A stretch of 64,000 nucleotides of DNA from the human T2T-CHM13v2.0 reference genome, Homo sapiens. The stretch lies in assembly GCF_009914755.1 (NCBI RefSeq), contig NC_060927.1; one strand, written 5' to 3'. The translations under genes were made by a program, and so were the position numbers. The notes beneath the pieces are model-generated. The model saw nothing but the letters and a program-made list of their open reading frames with translations. It was not told the origin of the DNA and did no database searches. This document shows, in pieces, positions 51,895-64,000 of this stretch (its first letter is position 1; each line of letters opens with the position of its first letter).

Positions 51895-52740
51895 AAAAGA
51901 CCTAGAAAGACTAAACTGGGATTCAGTCCCAGCTTTGCCATGCAATAGCTGTGTGGCCTTGAACAAATCACTTAACCTCTCTGTACCTCATTTCCTCACC
52001 TGTAAAATGTGGATAATTCTGCCTTGCAGCATTGTGGTTGGGATTTGAGAAAACATAGGCAAAACACATACCACAGCTCCAGGTATGTGGTAAATGATAG
52101 CTGTTAATATTGGTTGTACTGGGCATGTTAGTTTTCTATTGCTGACTTAAGAAGTTACCACAAACGTAGTGGCTTAAAACAACACAAATATATACTTTTA
52201 TAGTTCTGTGGATCATAGGCTGATAGCTGTTCTCAAAGGGCTAAATTAATCAAGATATTGGTAATGTTGTTTTCCTTTCTGGAGGCTCTATGGGAGAATT
52301 TCTCTCCTTCTTACTCAGGTTATTGGCAGTATTCAATTCCTTGTGGTTGTAGGATGGGGGTTCCCCATTTCTTTGAAGACTGTTACCTGAGGGCTGTTCC
52401 TAGCTTCTAGAGGCTACCCACCTTCCTTGGCTTGTGGCCCCCTGCCTCCATCTTCAGTGCCGTCAACAGCTGGTTAAGTCCCTTTCTTGCTTCAGATATC
52501 TCCTGCCACTTCTTCCTTCATGGAATCCCTCTGACCCCCCCTTCTAGCTTCCTCCTCCATGTTTGAAAGGCACACATGATTATGTTGTATCCACCTAGAT
52601 AATTGATAACAATCTCCCCATCTCCAGGTCTGTAACCTTAGTTACATTTGCAAAGTCCCCTTTACTATGTAAGGCAGCGTATTGTCAGATTTGGGAGGAT
52701 TAGGGTATCTTTGGAGGGCCATTAATCTGCTTACCACGCG
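51895..52740. mobile_element. MIR (~51895-52105) followed by an MLT1-type LTR (~52125-52740)
   Basis: MIR core (cttaacctctctgtacctcatttcctcacctgtaaaatg); MLT1 agtggcttaaaacaacac. Confidence 0.7.
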
Positions 52741-53159
52741 GGATTACATGGCATCTAAGGAGAAAAAGGGTACATCATACCACATCCAAGCAGATTGTTT
52801 TGAAAGGGACAAGTCTCATCGTGGTATTTGCCTATTTGTTGGTCTTAAGTATCCTGCTTGGATCTACAGTAGTGTCTTGGTAAACATGCTGATTCCTTTG
52901 ATTATGTATAGGATTTCTAAAATGTAACACAGATTCCAATTTCTGCTTTATGGGCAATTTTCACAAAAGGACAGTGTGTCAATGTAAGAGGACAGGGCAT
53001 AGAGTTAAGTCTTGGACTCTTGTTTTCTATCTTGGTGTGGAAAGAAAATTCTGTTCAGTGAGCTATTCCCTGCTGTCTTGGCTGTGTGGTATCCAAGCTC
53101 ACATTGTTTTTAAAAATGGTGTGGAGTAGAACTAGATATGTATCATTTTTATTTCTTAA

Positions 53160-53450
<291 letters not shown>

Positions 53451-54225
53451 TAAAAGTCAATAATTCTCAATCTAATGTCTGTAACTAACTCTGGTTCTTC
53501 ATGCGTCACTCTGGTTTGTATCCAGATGTGGTCTACTGCTTCCTCTACTATGTGTTACAAAATAATTATTTTCGATCTCTAAATCTTTTTATTTGTAAAA
53601 CGTTCTGGACTCCTAGAATCAAGGCTCAGGGGATTTGCAACAAGAATATCTGTCCATCCCCAGGTCATGGGTAACTGGGTCAAGTAAATCCTGGTCCAAG
53701 CCTTAGGGAGACAACCTGCGGTTGTACCAACTTTTCAGGCCATTTCTTCTCAAGTCATTACTTGAAGATCATTATAATATAGATAAAAGGAAGGGAAGAT
53801 GGGGCCTATACCTTCCCAGGAAAGGTCTTGTATGTATTGATATATAAGTAAAAACCAAAGATATGTGATTAGAAATTTTGGTGAGATCTTATCTTTGAAG
53901 TTGAGATAGAAAATCCTGACAACAGATTTATATATTATTCCAGTGAATATGTAATAATATTCAACAATGGTGACGTTTTAGTGGTTAGATTAATTGGAGG
54001 TAAATATAAATTAATCAATGTAACTTAGAATTCATTTATATAAAATCTGTAAAAGCAGTTTGTATTAAGTATCACATACCTAATCCTTATAAGATACTAA
54101 AATGATTTAAGATTTGTTTATCTATTATATTTAAGTGAATGCTACTAAGATATATAAGATGCTTAGGAGGTTTTCTTTCGGTTTATTTTTTTAAATTTAA
54201 ATAATATTTTCCCCACTCTTTTTAG

Positions 54226-54308
54226 AGGCTGGAAAGAGAGTATGGCTGTCCTTGTATCACAGGAAAGCCAAAAGTTGCCTTTCGAGAGACCATTACTGCC
54301 CCTGTCCC
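54226..54308 (+). CDS. GFM1: GFM1 exon 13 (gene continues beyond the window)
   Basis: RLEREYGCPCITGKPKVAFRETI; cumulative CDS 1601 nt. Confidence 0.96.
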
Positions 54309-54355
54309 GTAAGTATGCAACGTAATTAAACATTATGAGGCTGAAATTGAAGCTT

Positions 54356-54361
54356 TTTATT
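54356..54361 (-). terminator. LXN: Probable LXN polyadenylation signal AATAAA
   Basis: tttatt on the + strand, ~210 nt downstream of the LXN stop. Confidence 0.65.
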
Positions 54362-54567
54362 TTGGATATACATACCACTATTACTGTTTTAAAGACATTT
54401 TTATGTAGTGATACTTTGTATTATGGACTCTATAAAGTTCTATACTGTAATCAAGACATTTATATAAAGTGACACTTTGGGATTATTTGGCCTCATAAGC
54501 TAGATGCCAGTGAAATTGGCATACACATCAATAGACATGTTTACACTTCCAGTGTTAGGGTTTTTGT

Positions 54568-54666
54568 TTATTCCAGTTGTACTTCCTTTGGCAGACGGCT
54601 ATTATGTTTTACTTTAGTGCCGTATTGTGGATGCCAGAGAACTTGCATTTGCCAGGGAATAATCTC
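54568..54666 (-). CDS. LXN: Latexin exon 6 (last coding exon)
   Basis: [32 protein letters not shown]. Confidence 0.95.
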   Translation of the reverse strand, partial: EIIPWQMQVLWHPQYGTKVKHNSRLPKEVQLE

Positions 54667-54933
54667 CTGCAAGTGAAGAAAATTAATGCCATGATAAAAT
54701 TCAGAAAACATTTAGGAAAACGTAGTTGGGTTTATGTTTTGTTAGAGATAAAACAGTCTTCACAAAGAATAGTACTTTTGTTAAATTGCTGCAATTATAA
54801 TATACTTAAATCTGGTGCCTATCTGGATTTACATGAATTCTGATTTAGAGTCAAAATTAATAAAGCATACTGTGGCTATACAAGGAGTCTCAGTTTTCAG
54901 AATGGCATCAAATAAAGGTAAATTATACTTTAC

Positions 54934-54996
54934 CTGAGATGCTATATTATGAAGTAGAATGGTGTAGTCTAATTCAATAAAGTCATCATTTCTTTG
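54934..54996 (-). CDS. LXN: Latexin exon 5
   Basis: QRNDDFIELDYTILLHNIASQ; AG/GT boundaries. Confidence 0.93.
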
Positions 54997-56039
54997 CTAT
55001 GACAAAAAATAAAAACGTGTTGTTTAAAACTTAATATCTTTGGCAAAAATTACATTTAATTTTGAAAATCATCTTTGATTAGATGAATATAATATTTCCA
55101 TTTAGGTAAAAATAAAAATTGAATGTCATAATTTCAATTTAATGTGACAAAATCTATTCTCTTACACTAAATAAAGTGTTCTTTCAAGATGCATTTTAAA
55201 ATCATGATCTTATATTTGTTCCCCAAGAAATGTTTACCTGTTTTTAGTTTCCAAGTTGTGGTGGCTACTTAAGAGAATTAGCAAGTGTAGCTTGTTATTT
55301 AAGAATGCTCTGTGTTTCCATTGTACAGAAAAGCATAATTTATGGGATAAGCTATAGCAATGGGTGTTTACATTGAAAGAATCCAATTTTATAACAGAAA
55401 TTCTCTTTTTGAAAACTGAAAATAAGGCCGAGCACAGTGGCTCACACCTATAATCCGAGCACTTTGCGGGGCTGAGGTAGGCAACTTGCCTGAGCCTAGG
55501 AGTTCAAGACCAGTCTGGGCAACACAGTGAAACCATGTCTCTATGAGAATAAACAAAAAATTAGCCAGGCATGCCTGTGTGTGCCTGTACTCCCAGCCAC
55601 CTGGGAGGCTGAGGTGGGAGGACCGCCTGAGCCTGGGAGATTGAGGCTGCAGCGAGCCATGATCACACTAATGCACTCCAGCCTGGGCAACAGAGTGAAA
55701 CCCTGTCTCAAAAACAGGCAAACAAACAAAAAAACCAGAACACCTGAGAATAGTAAAATGTAGTGAGTGTAGTTGTGTGATTGTGTAATTAAAGCTTTTT
55801 TCTGTACTGTACAGTAGAGGGAAAAAACAGATAGTTTCAGTATGGCATGACTATAGTAATTTGAACACAAAACTTAGATTGCTAAGGGAAATAATCTGTA
55901 TTAAGCTGAGCACAAAAGCTAAATGTTGGATTATAACTCAAGACTTCACTCTTCTGAAAGCACAGCTTTGCTTGTGACTGCCATAAAAAGTGGCCCTGAG
56001 GATCTCTATAGAGCAGATTAAAGGTGAGGAGAGTCATTA

Positions 56040-56375
56040 CAATTGTCCCTTAGTATCCATGGAGGATTGGTTCCAAGATTCCCCTCAGATACCAAAATGC
56101 ACGGATGCCCAAGTCTCTGACATAAAACAGTGTAGTATTTGCGTATAACCTATGCATACCTTCTCATATACTTTAAATCATCTCTAGATTACTTATAATA
56201 CCAAATACAATCTAAATGTTATATAAATAGTTGTTATATTACTTAGGGAATCATGACGAGAAAAAAATCTGTGCATGTTCAGTACAGATGCTACCATCCA
56301 TTTTTTTCCCCCAAATATTTTTGATTCTCGGTTGTTTGTATCCATAGATGCAGAACCCATGGAGAGGCCTGACTG
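56040..56375. mobile_element. MER2 (Tigger-derived) DNA element
   Basis: TA TSDs; typical MER2 body. Confidence 0.8.
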
Positions 56376-56917
56376 TATATTGTACACCTGGGATTCTGTC
56401 TTGCTGCTACTAATAAAACTCTCTCAACCTTTTTGTTCTAGAAGAGGGTTTGAGGAAAGTATCATAGTTAAATCTGACTTGACTAACCCGAAAGATTAAG
56501 AGCTATGATTACCGTGATGCTTTTTGAAAGTGCAGTCTAGATACTGTGTATTAACAGGAAGTGTTTCACTGAAATCCTTGGCTTTGCCTTGCTTTTGTTA
56601 TGCTTCCTAGTCTCTATGTTCCCAGAGCATGCAACTAACAAAGCACAGTTATTAGGCAAGTTTGAGGCAAAGGAGGCCTGTGGTTTGCATCTCTCAGCCA
56701 AATCAAACAACTTTTTAGACCAGTTACTGTTGCTTTGGACTCTTCCTACAATTCTTCACCTTCTCTAATCTTGATTGTACCTGACCTCCCCTTTGAAATC
56801 CCAGGTTTGCTATTAAATACAAAATGACTATAGGAATACTGTTAATCCAATTATGAATTACAATACTTTCGATAAATATTAACCCCATTAATAGTGTATT
56901 TTATAGAAACTACTTAC

Positions 56918-57054
56918 CACTTGCTTGACAGTTTGAATTTTTACCATTTTATACCATGTGTCTTCAGTAGAATTTTGCCATATTATATAACCACAGGCAA
57001 CCCAGGCTAAATGTAGAACGAGCGTCATTTCTGGAGATACATTTCCAAAATTGT
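56918..57054 (-). CDS. LXN: Latexin exon 4
   Basis: [10 protein letters not shown]...KIQTVKQV; AG/GT boundaries. Confidence 0.95.
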
Positions 57055-57354
57055 CTGGTAGGAGACACATTTATATGATAATCATATATATAGTATTAAC
57101 CTTTTAAAACAAAATCTAAATTCTAAATCATGTCTTAGTTTCCTTCGAATGTTGTGCAAAAAATAATTTAATTAAGCTATGGATCTATAAAATTTCTGAG
57201 GCCTCTTTTTTGTTGGATTGGATTAGAAATGAGTATTTTTGCAAAAGCCTGTAAGTTTCTAACATACTTAGCAACTAACAATTTTAAGCACAGATAATTG
57301 AGATTGATTTTAAGTTTGAATCAAACAAATGGTTTTCATGCCATATTTATATAC

Positions 57355-57532
57355 CTGGAATATTTTGTGCTTCTAGCGGTTCCTTCATGGACTTAAGTCT
57401 TTGATAAAATGTGTTGTCTTCTTCATCTGGATTCTTTCCAGTTTCTCCTTCAAATGTGAAGTTGACTTCTGGTGCAGTTTCTTGTCCCGTTGAAGGGTAA
57501 AGTACTTCAGCTGTGCAGTTCACCTTAACTTG
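57355..57532 (-). CDS. LXN: Latexin exon 3
   Basis: [13 protein letters not shown]...AQNIP. Confidence 0.95.
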
Positions 57533-58878
57533 CTGTTTGAAATTTAGCAAAATATCCTTATATACAGAAGGCTATTCATTATTAATTATCATCTTTGAGA
57601 TATGATTTAAAGCATAGGCTCCTAATGGTGTTGTTTTAGACTAGACTTCAAAGTGCTTGTTTTCAGAGGTATCTAATTGGGCCTGGCCTATTAAATTCTA
57701 GACTTATCATGTGAATACCCTAAAATAGATAACTTACTTTATAAATGATATGGTGTCATAATCTTATGAATTCTAGTCTTAAAACTTTCAGTATATTTCA
57801 GTATTAATGGGGTGTCCATTTGCAAGGCCAGATTTTAATCTGACTTTATATACCAACTCAAGACTGGTTACTTTTAAAGTTTTTCCATTACTCTTACTCT
57901 TTGCTCCTGAAATAACAAAGTTTTTGAAATGCAGATGCAGCAGTCTGTGTCTGGATATAAAATTAGAAGATTATGGCATTGGGTTATGCTTTGTAAAGAT
58001 GGCTGTCTAGCAGCTCAGATGCCTTTTAATGAATCTCTTTATGAATTATGCTCAACAGAAAGGCAAGCTTTTTAAAATTTCAAGATGGCTGTGGTACAGA
58101 TTGCAGTTCCTTTCTTTTAAGTTTGTCTCATTAATAATTTGACAGTTGTGTATAATCTTTAAAATTTCCCTTCCCCATTACTGAAAGATCTTCATCTGAA
58201 TGGTGGTATCAGCTGGCATTCTATTGCTTCTGAATATCTAAGAGCACGTTCTTTCTCTAAAAACCCAGTGAAAAATAGAATGAGAAAAGCAGACGTTAAG
58301 AAGATGATTGATTGGGGAATAAATTACTTCACTCATTTATATTAGGCATAAGTTCAGACTGCCCTAAGAGTATGTAACTTCTTAAGAAATTCATTTGAAC
58401 TGAAGTGTATAGTCTTTTTTTGTGTAGTTTGGTAGAAATAATTCATATACCTAGGAATACCCAAAGATAGTAAAGAACTGATCCTTGTAAACTTTGCCCA
58501 TATGGTCAGTGTTTTTCAGAGGCAGGTATTTCACAACAACTTTTTAAAAAGAGGTAAAACTAATCAATCTTACAGATTTGATCAGCAAAGATGATCTGGA
58601 ATATTTAGAATTAAATTTGTTTAATAAGAACATTTTGGCTGGGCTTGGTAGCTCATGCTTGTAATCCTAGCACTTTGGGAGGCAGAGGCAGGAGGATCAC
58701 AAAAATTAGCCAGGTGTAGTGGCATGCACCTGTGGTCCCAGCTATTTGGGGAGGCTGAGGTGGGAAGATGGCCTGAGCCCGGGAAGTTGAGGCTGCAGTG
58801 AGCCATGTTCTGCCACTGCACTTCAGCCTGGGTGATAGAGTGAGACCCTGTCTCAAAGAAAAAAGAAATTTAACTTAC

Positions 58879-58941
58879 TTTTTGTATAATTTCTTCAACA
58901 GCAAATTTAAGGTGATACTTATGTCCTCTTCCTGGAATATC
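58879..58941 (-). CDS. LXN: Latexin exon 2
   Basis: DIPGRGHKYHLKFAVEEIIQK. Confidence 0.94.
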
Positions 58942-60271
58942 CTAAAATTAAGAAAATGTAGTGGAGACAAGAAAATATTATAACAACATTATACTTGCAT
59001 TGTTAGAAGTATGCATCTCATTTGGTTGGAGGGGCTGGCTGAAGGGGAATGGTGAAAGCCTTAGGTCTTGAAAAAGGCATGTCACCATGAATGTAACATC
59101 TAATTTAGCAAGTCCCCTATCAAGTTTATTTTGGATGAAAACAAAAGAGTAGGATAAAAGCATACAAATTGGGCACAATTCACTTTCAATCATCAAAAGA
59201 CTTTATTTAACCCCTGGATCTGTGATCTTAAAGTCTCTACATAAGAAAGTTTGAAACAGCGTTTAATTCTAAAGATGACAATATCACCTTTGAAAAGATT
59301 TTTTCATAAAGCTCAGTGTACCCTCCAAATAATGTTCAATGAATGTGAATTTCATTTTGAGGCAGATTACTGCAAAGCAATTGGAGACTTAATACAATTA
59401 AGTATTGTTTTTACTTATACATTAGTGAAACTGCAAAATGATTAACAAATTATATAAGACTAAGAAATGGTATTTCACTTTTAAATCAAGATACAGATTG
59501 AAAATTTATACCTAATTCTGTTATCTGGTACAGTTTCAAAATAAGATCTACTGTGTCACCTCTAAAAGACTGTTAGCAGTTAAAATTCTGTCAGATAAAT
59601 AAGGGATAATCTCAAATCCAGTAGATTTTCGTAAAATGAAAACAAACCTCGTTAGTGATTGCTGAGGCCTTAAACATTTAATTCAAGCCTTTAGCAGAGG
59701 GTGCACATCATTTAAGGCAGTCATGTGGTAGCGGTGTTTGGGTGGCTAAAGGCCAGCGTCAGCCCACAGTGCTTTTATTCTTTGACTTTGATTGTCAGTT
59801 TCTCTTGCTGTTTGTTTCCCCCTTCATTTTGGTCAAAGGGTCTGATAAGGATTTGTCTTAAAATGTAGGCAATAGAGTCTTGGAAGATGGGAGCTTTTGT
59901 TGGTCCAGATCAGAGTAGCAGATGAGAAACGTGGCAGCCTTAGTAGTCTTTTGAATGGTTTCTACAGTTTACACTTAAGGAAAGTGCTGCCCCTTACCTA
60001 GAGCGTGTTCCCGTTTTCTTGTAACTGTGTGCGTAAAAACTTTGTCTCTGCCTTAAGGTGAAAACAGTCCCGGGCTGTCTCCAGAGACTGGAGTATAGAC
60101 ATTCCCCCAGAAACCTTAATATCTCAAGACCAGATACCAGCAGTGTGTCCTAAAACAGAAGGTGGGTAGGGGGTGGCACGGAGTGTCTGCACCCAAAGGC
60201 TGAGACCGCGGGTGAGTGGAGGGAGCGCAATCCTGAAGCCTCTGCTGTCCACCACCCCCTGCTAAACTCAC

Positions 60272-60400
60272 CTCCATGCTGGCTTGTTTGACCTTCTGCA
60301 CCTCAAACACCCTGTGCGGGGTCCCCTGCTGGTAGTTGATGTAGTTCTGTGCCACCAAGGCCGCCCTGGAGGCTGGGTAGTTGGTCGGCGGGATTTCCAT
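60272..60400 (-). CDS. LXN: Latexin (carboxypeptidase inhibitor) exon 1
   Basis: [28 protein letters not shown]...; the six exons sum to 222 codons plus stop. Confidence 0.96.
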
Positions 60401-60760
60401 TCCGGATGAGCAGTGACTTCAGGGCTTGGGCTACTCTGGCTTAACGGGACCAGTAGCAGAGCGCCGCCCGTCCTGCTTGCTGCTGGGTCCGGTTGCCGAG
60501 GCGGAAAAGTCGCAAGCTCCTTCAGTCAGTCTTCTTCCTCAGCTCCTTCCGACTCCGGAAGCTGCTGTTTGGGCCCAGGCTCCCTGCATCCGAGAGCCCT
60601 GGGCTGACTGCTTCTGAGGCCCCGCCCCACTACTGCCTGCAGCGGGCTTCCTTACTCCGCCTGCTGGTTCCTACTGGAGGAGAGGCCAGCATGCTTGTCA
60701 GGCACCAGCAGGTGGAGGTGTGGGGAGGGAGTCAGTGGGCTAGGTTCGCTGGGATTGCAT
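60401..60760 (-). promoter_or_regulatory. LXN: LXN 5'UTR/promoter (small CpG-rich region)
   Basis: CpG enrichment; GC box ggccccgcccc ~60618; ETS-like ccggaag ~60555. Confidence 0.7.
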
Positions 60761-61415
60761 CTTTCGTTTCATTAACCTTTATAGAAGTGCAGGGTGGGGC
60801 TTTCGCTGATATAGGACATCTCTGAAGACTCTAGTTTCCTGTCCATGGGAAAAAAGTCTGGTTGCTTCGCTTGCATACTGGAGCACAACTTCCTTATACA
60901 CCGCATGCAGCGTCCCTGGCAGGGCAAGGTACACAGTACTCCAGGTAGTGATTCGATTCCTTCATTTCCCTTCCCCTTATGAGAGTCCAGGAAGAGGCTT
61001 GCTCATCCTCAGCTTTTTGTGGGTTTGGACCAGTTCTGCCCAAATCAAAGTATGAGAATCTGCAAACTATAGTATTAAATTGGGAGATTATGTAATTTGG
61101 ATCAGGAGAAATAAAAAAATGCACCTGTACCCCTCTCCTTTACTAATCTTAAAATGATAAGTTTTGATGTAACGCCATGCTTCCAACTTGAGTCATTTTG
61201 AATATTTTACTTCAAGGATTAAAATAAACTTAAAAACTGAACTTATACAAAGCACTCTCTCTGGTATGTGGTCTACCTCATTGCAATGGGCCTATAAACC
61301 TGACTTTGTAGAAGTACAGGTTTATCCTTGGTGGTCTTAGGTTAATTGGGCTAGGATAACTTGGAGATTCTACCAAAGTTTGGCCAAGGTCTTCGCTGCC
61401 TGGATTGAGACCTTT

Positions 61416-61447
<32 letters not shown>

Positions 61448-61452
61448 TTTGA

Positions 61453-61741
<289 letters not shown>

Positions 61742-62000
61742 TAGTAATGCACACACCCAAGACTCTTGAGGTGTATCTCTTTCTGATTATGTAGATTCTG
61801 CAGTAAATCTGGATTCTGGACTTTGGCCTCAGTTTCATGCTTATTATTGTCTCCTGGGATTTGGGGGTTCTGATTGACTTTGCCTTTAAATACCATCTGT
61901 CTGCTTGCCCATCATCTTGTATCAAATGTCAATGAAACTTTTCTCAGTCTTGTCCGTGTATGAGAAATTTGCTTTGCGAGACACTGTCTTTCACACATGA

Positions 62001-62207
<207 letters not shown>

Positions 62208-63048
62208 TGAGTTCAGGCAATCCTCCCTCCTCTGCCTCCCAAAGTGTTAGGATTACAGGCATGAGCCACCGTGCCTGGCCTCTCCACGTTTCTTAGTTCA
62301 GCATTTGTTAAACCCTGACCCACCCATGGCAATATTTTTGCAAATACAGAATATCAGCCAATTTTCGATGGGGTTGTCAGATACGAACTTACACTGTCTC
62401 CTGGGATAAATTTACCAAAGAATTGGTGAAATTTGGGGAACTTTGACATGAAGAAGACTGTTCATTTGAGAGACACTTTAGAAGAACACCAGAAATAAAA
62501 AAATAAGACTTTCGGAGAACAGTATTTGTCTTATTTGTCTAAGAGCATTTTAAGTAGAAGACTGCCCATATTTTATTTCCATACTTCAAGGTTTTTTATT
62601 AATAACATGGCTTATATTTAAGCTTTTTCCTCTCTCCTTGAAAAGAAAAGATAATTAGCGTTTTACAGTGATAATTTCATATTTGTCTAAAACTGGCTGT
62701 AGCTCACCTTTTCCTGTTTCTCATTTTCTTTCATTAAAAATTTGAAAGATGATTCATGAGACTAAGTCATTCTGTCATTATATGTGCAGTCCAGGAATAT
62801 CTAGTCCAAATAAACAGCCAAAAATGTCTAAGAAAAAAATCATTGTGCTTTAAAAAATGTGTAAAAATTAATGTGGTCAAATGAACTTAAATAGCCTTTA
62901 TTATTATGTTTATAAGGAGCAAGTTTACGGCCGGGCGCAGTGGCTCACGCCTGTAATCCCAGCACTTTGGGAGGCCAACGCAGGTGGGTCACGAGGTCAA
63001 GAGTTCAAGACCAGCCTGGCCAATATGGTGAAACCCCGTCTCTACTTA

Positions 63049-63240
<192 letters not shown>

Positions 63241-64000
63241 TCAAGATAAAAGAGGAGCTCTTAAACATGATTTAATGATTTTTGAATATAAAGTTTATAA
63301 ATTATATTTTTAAAAATGTATAAAATATTTCTGATTAATAGATGAATTTGGGTGAGCTGTAACAAAATAATATTTATTTAAAGTTGATTATATGTCTTCC
63401 AGGTTTTATTACATAATGATAAAATATTCCAAGTTCATATAAAACTGAATTTGATCTTTTCATGATCTAAACTTTCTAAATTTTATATATTGATCAAATG
63501 GGCCAAACAAGTTACTGATTCAATCAGTTGTATAAGATTACAAAATATAAAATGGTGTTTAAATAAAATTTTAATACAGATGTCTTTTAAAGGAGTTTTA
63601 ATCTTATAAAATTATGCTTCTATTATAAAGACCAAATGTGTTAACTAAAATTATAATTTTTCAGATCTCCAGTTAACTTTCAGGCCCTTACATAATGTTC
63701 AATTAGTCCTGGGATAATTGGACAATTTCTGACTAATACATGATACAGAGCTTTGGTTACTAAAGAGAGTTTCAGTTTACCTTTATTCTTATACATTATA
63801 AAATGATTATGAATTAACACAATGTGCAGATACTTTGGTTGTTATATATGTGTTGTTTTGCCACCTTAAAATTATAGAAGTAATCTAAAATTTGTATTTA
63901 TAAAAATTTAGCTAACCAGGTGCAGTGGCTCACACCTGTAATCCTAGCACTTTGTGAGGCTGAGGTGGGAAGATCGCTTGGGCCCAGGAGGTTGAGACTA

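Overview
Primate, most likely human, genomic DNA matching the GFM1/LXN locus. The right half (~32.3-64 kb) holds a CpG-island promoter and coding exons 1-13 of GFM1 (mitochondrial elongation factor G1, + strand). These include two GC-AG introns and a 57-nt in-frame cryptic/alternative exon. The complete 6-exon latexin gene (LXN, 222 aa) lies on the - strand inside GFM1 intron 13. The left half (1-32 kb) is almost entirely transposon-derived and deeply nested. It contains an old L1M, then a MER4-type ERV1 carrying an LTR3-like solo LTR and a deleted HERV-I/HERVIP10-like provirus. It also contains an L2 that hosts MLT2 > MER4 LTRs and an ERVL-like LTR > near-complete hAT Charlie3 > full-length L1PA2-like element. 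The most striking observation is in the HERV-I-like provirus: capsid, protease and RT are missing, and their place is taken by an intronless, co-oriented riboflavin kinase (RFK) mRNA fragment. It has no poly(A) tail or target-site duplication (TSD) and shows strongly G-to-A-biased changes, which suggests retroviral capture of a host mRNA. Repeat subfamily names and the reference RFK protein are from memory and need database confirmation.
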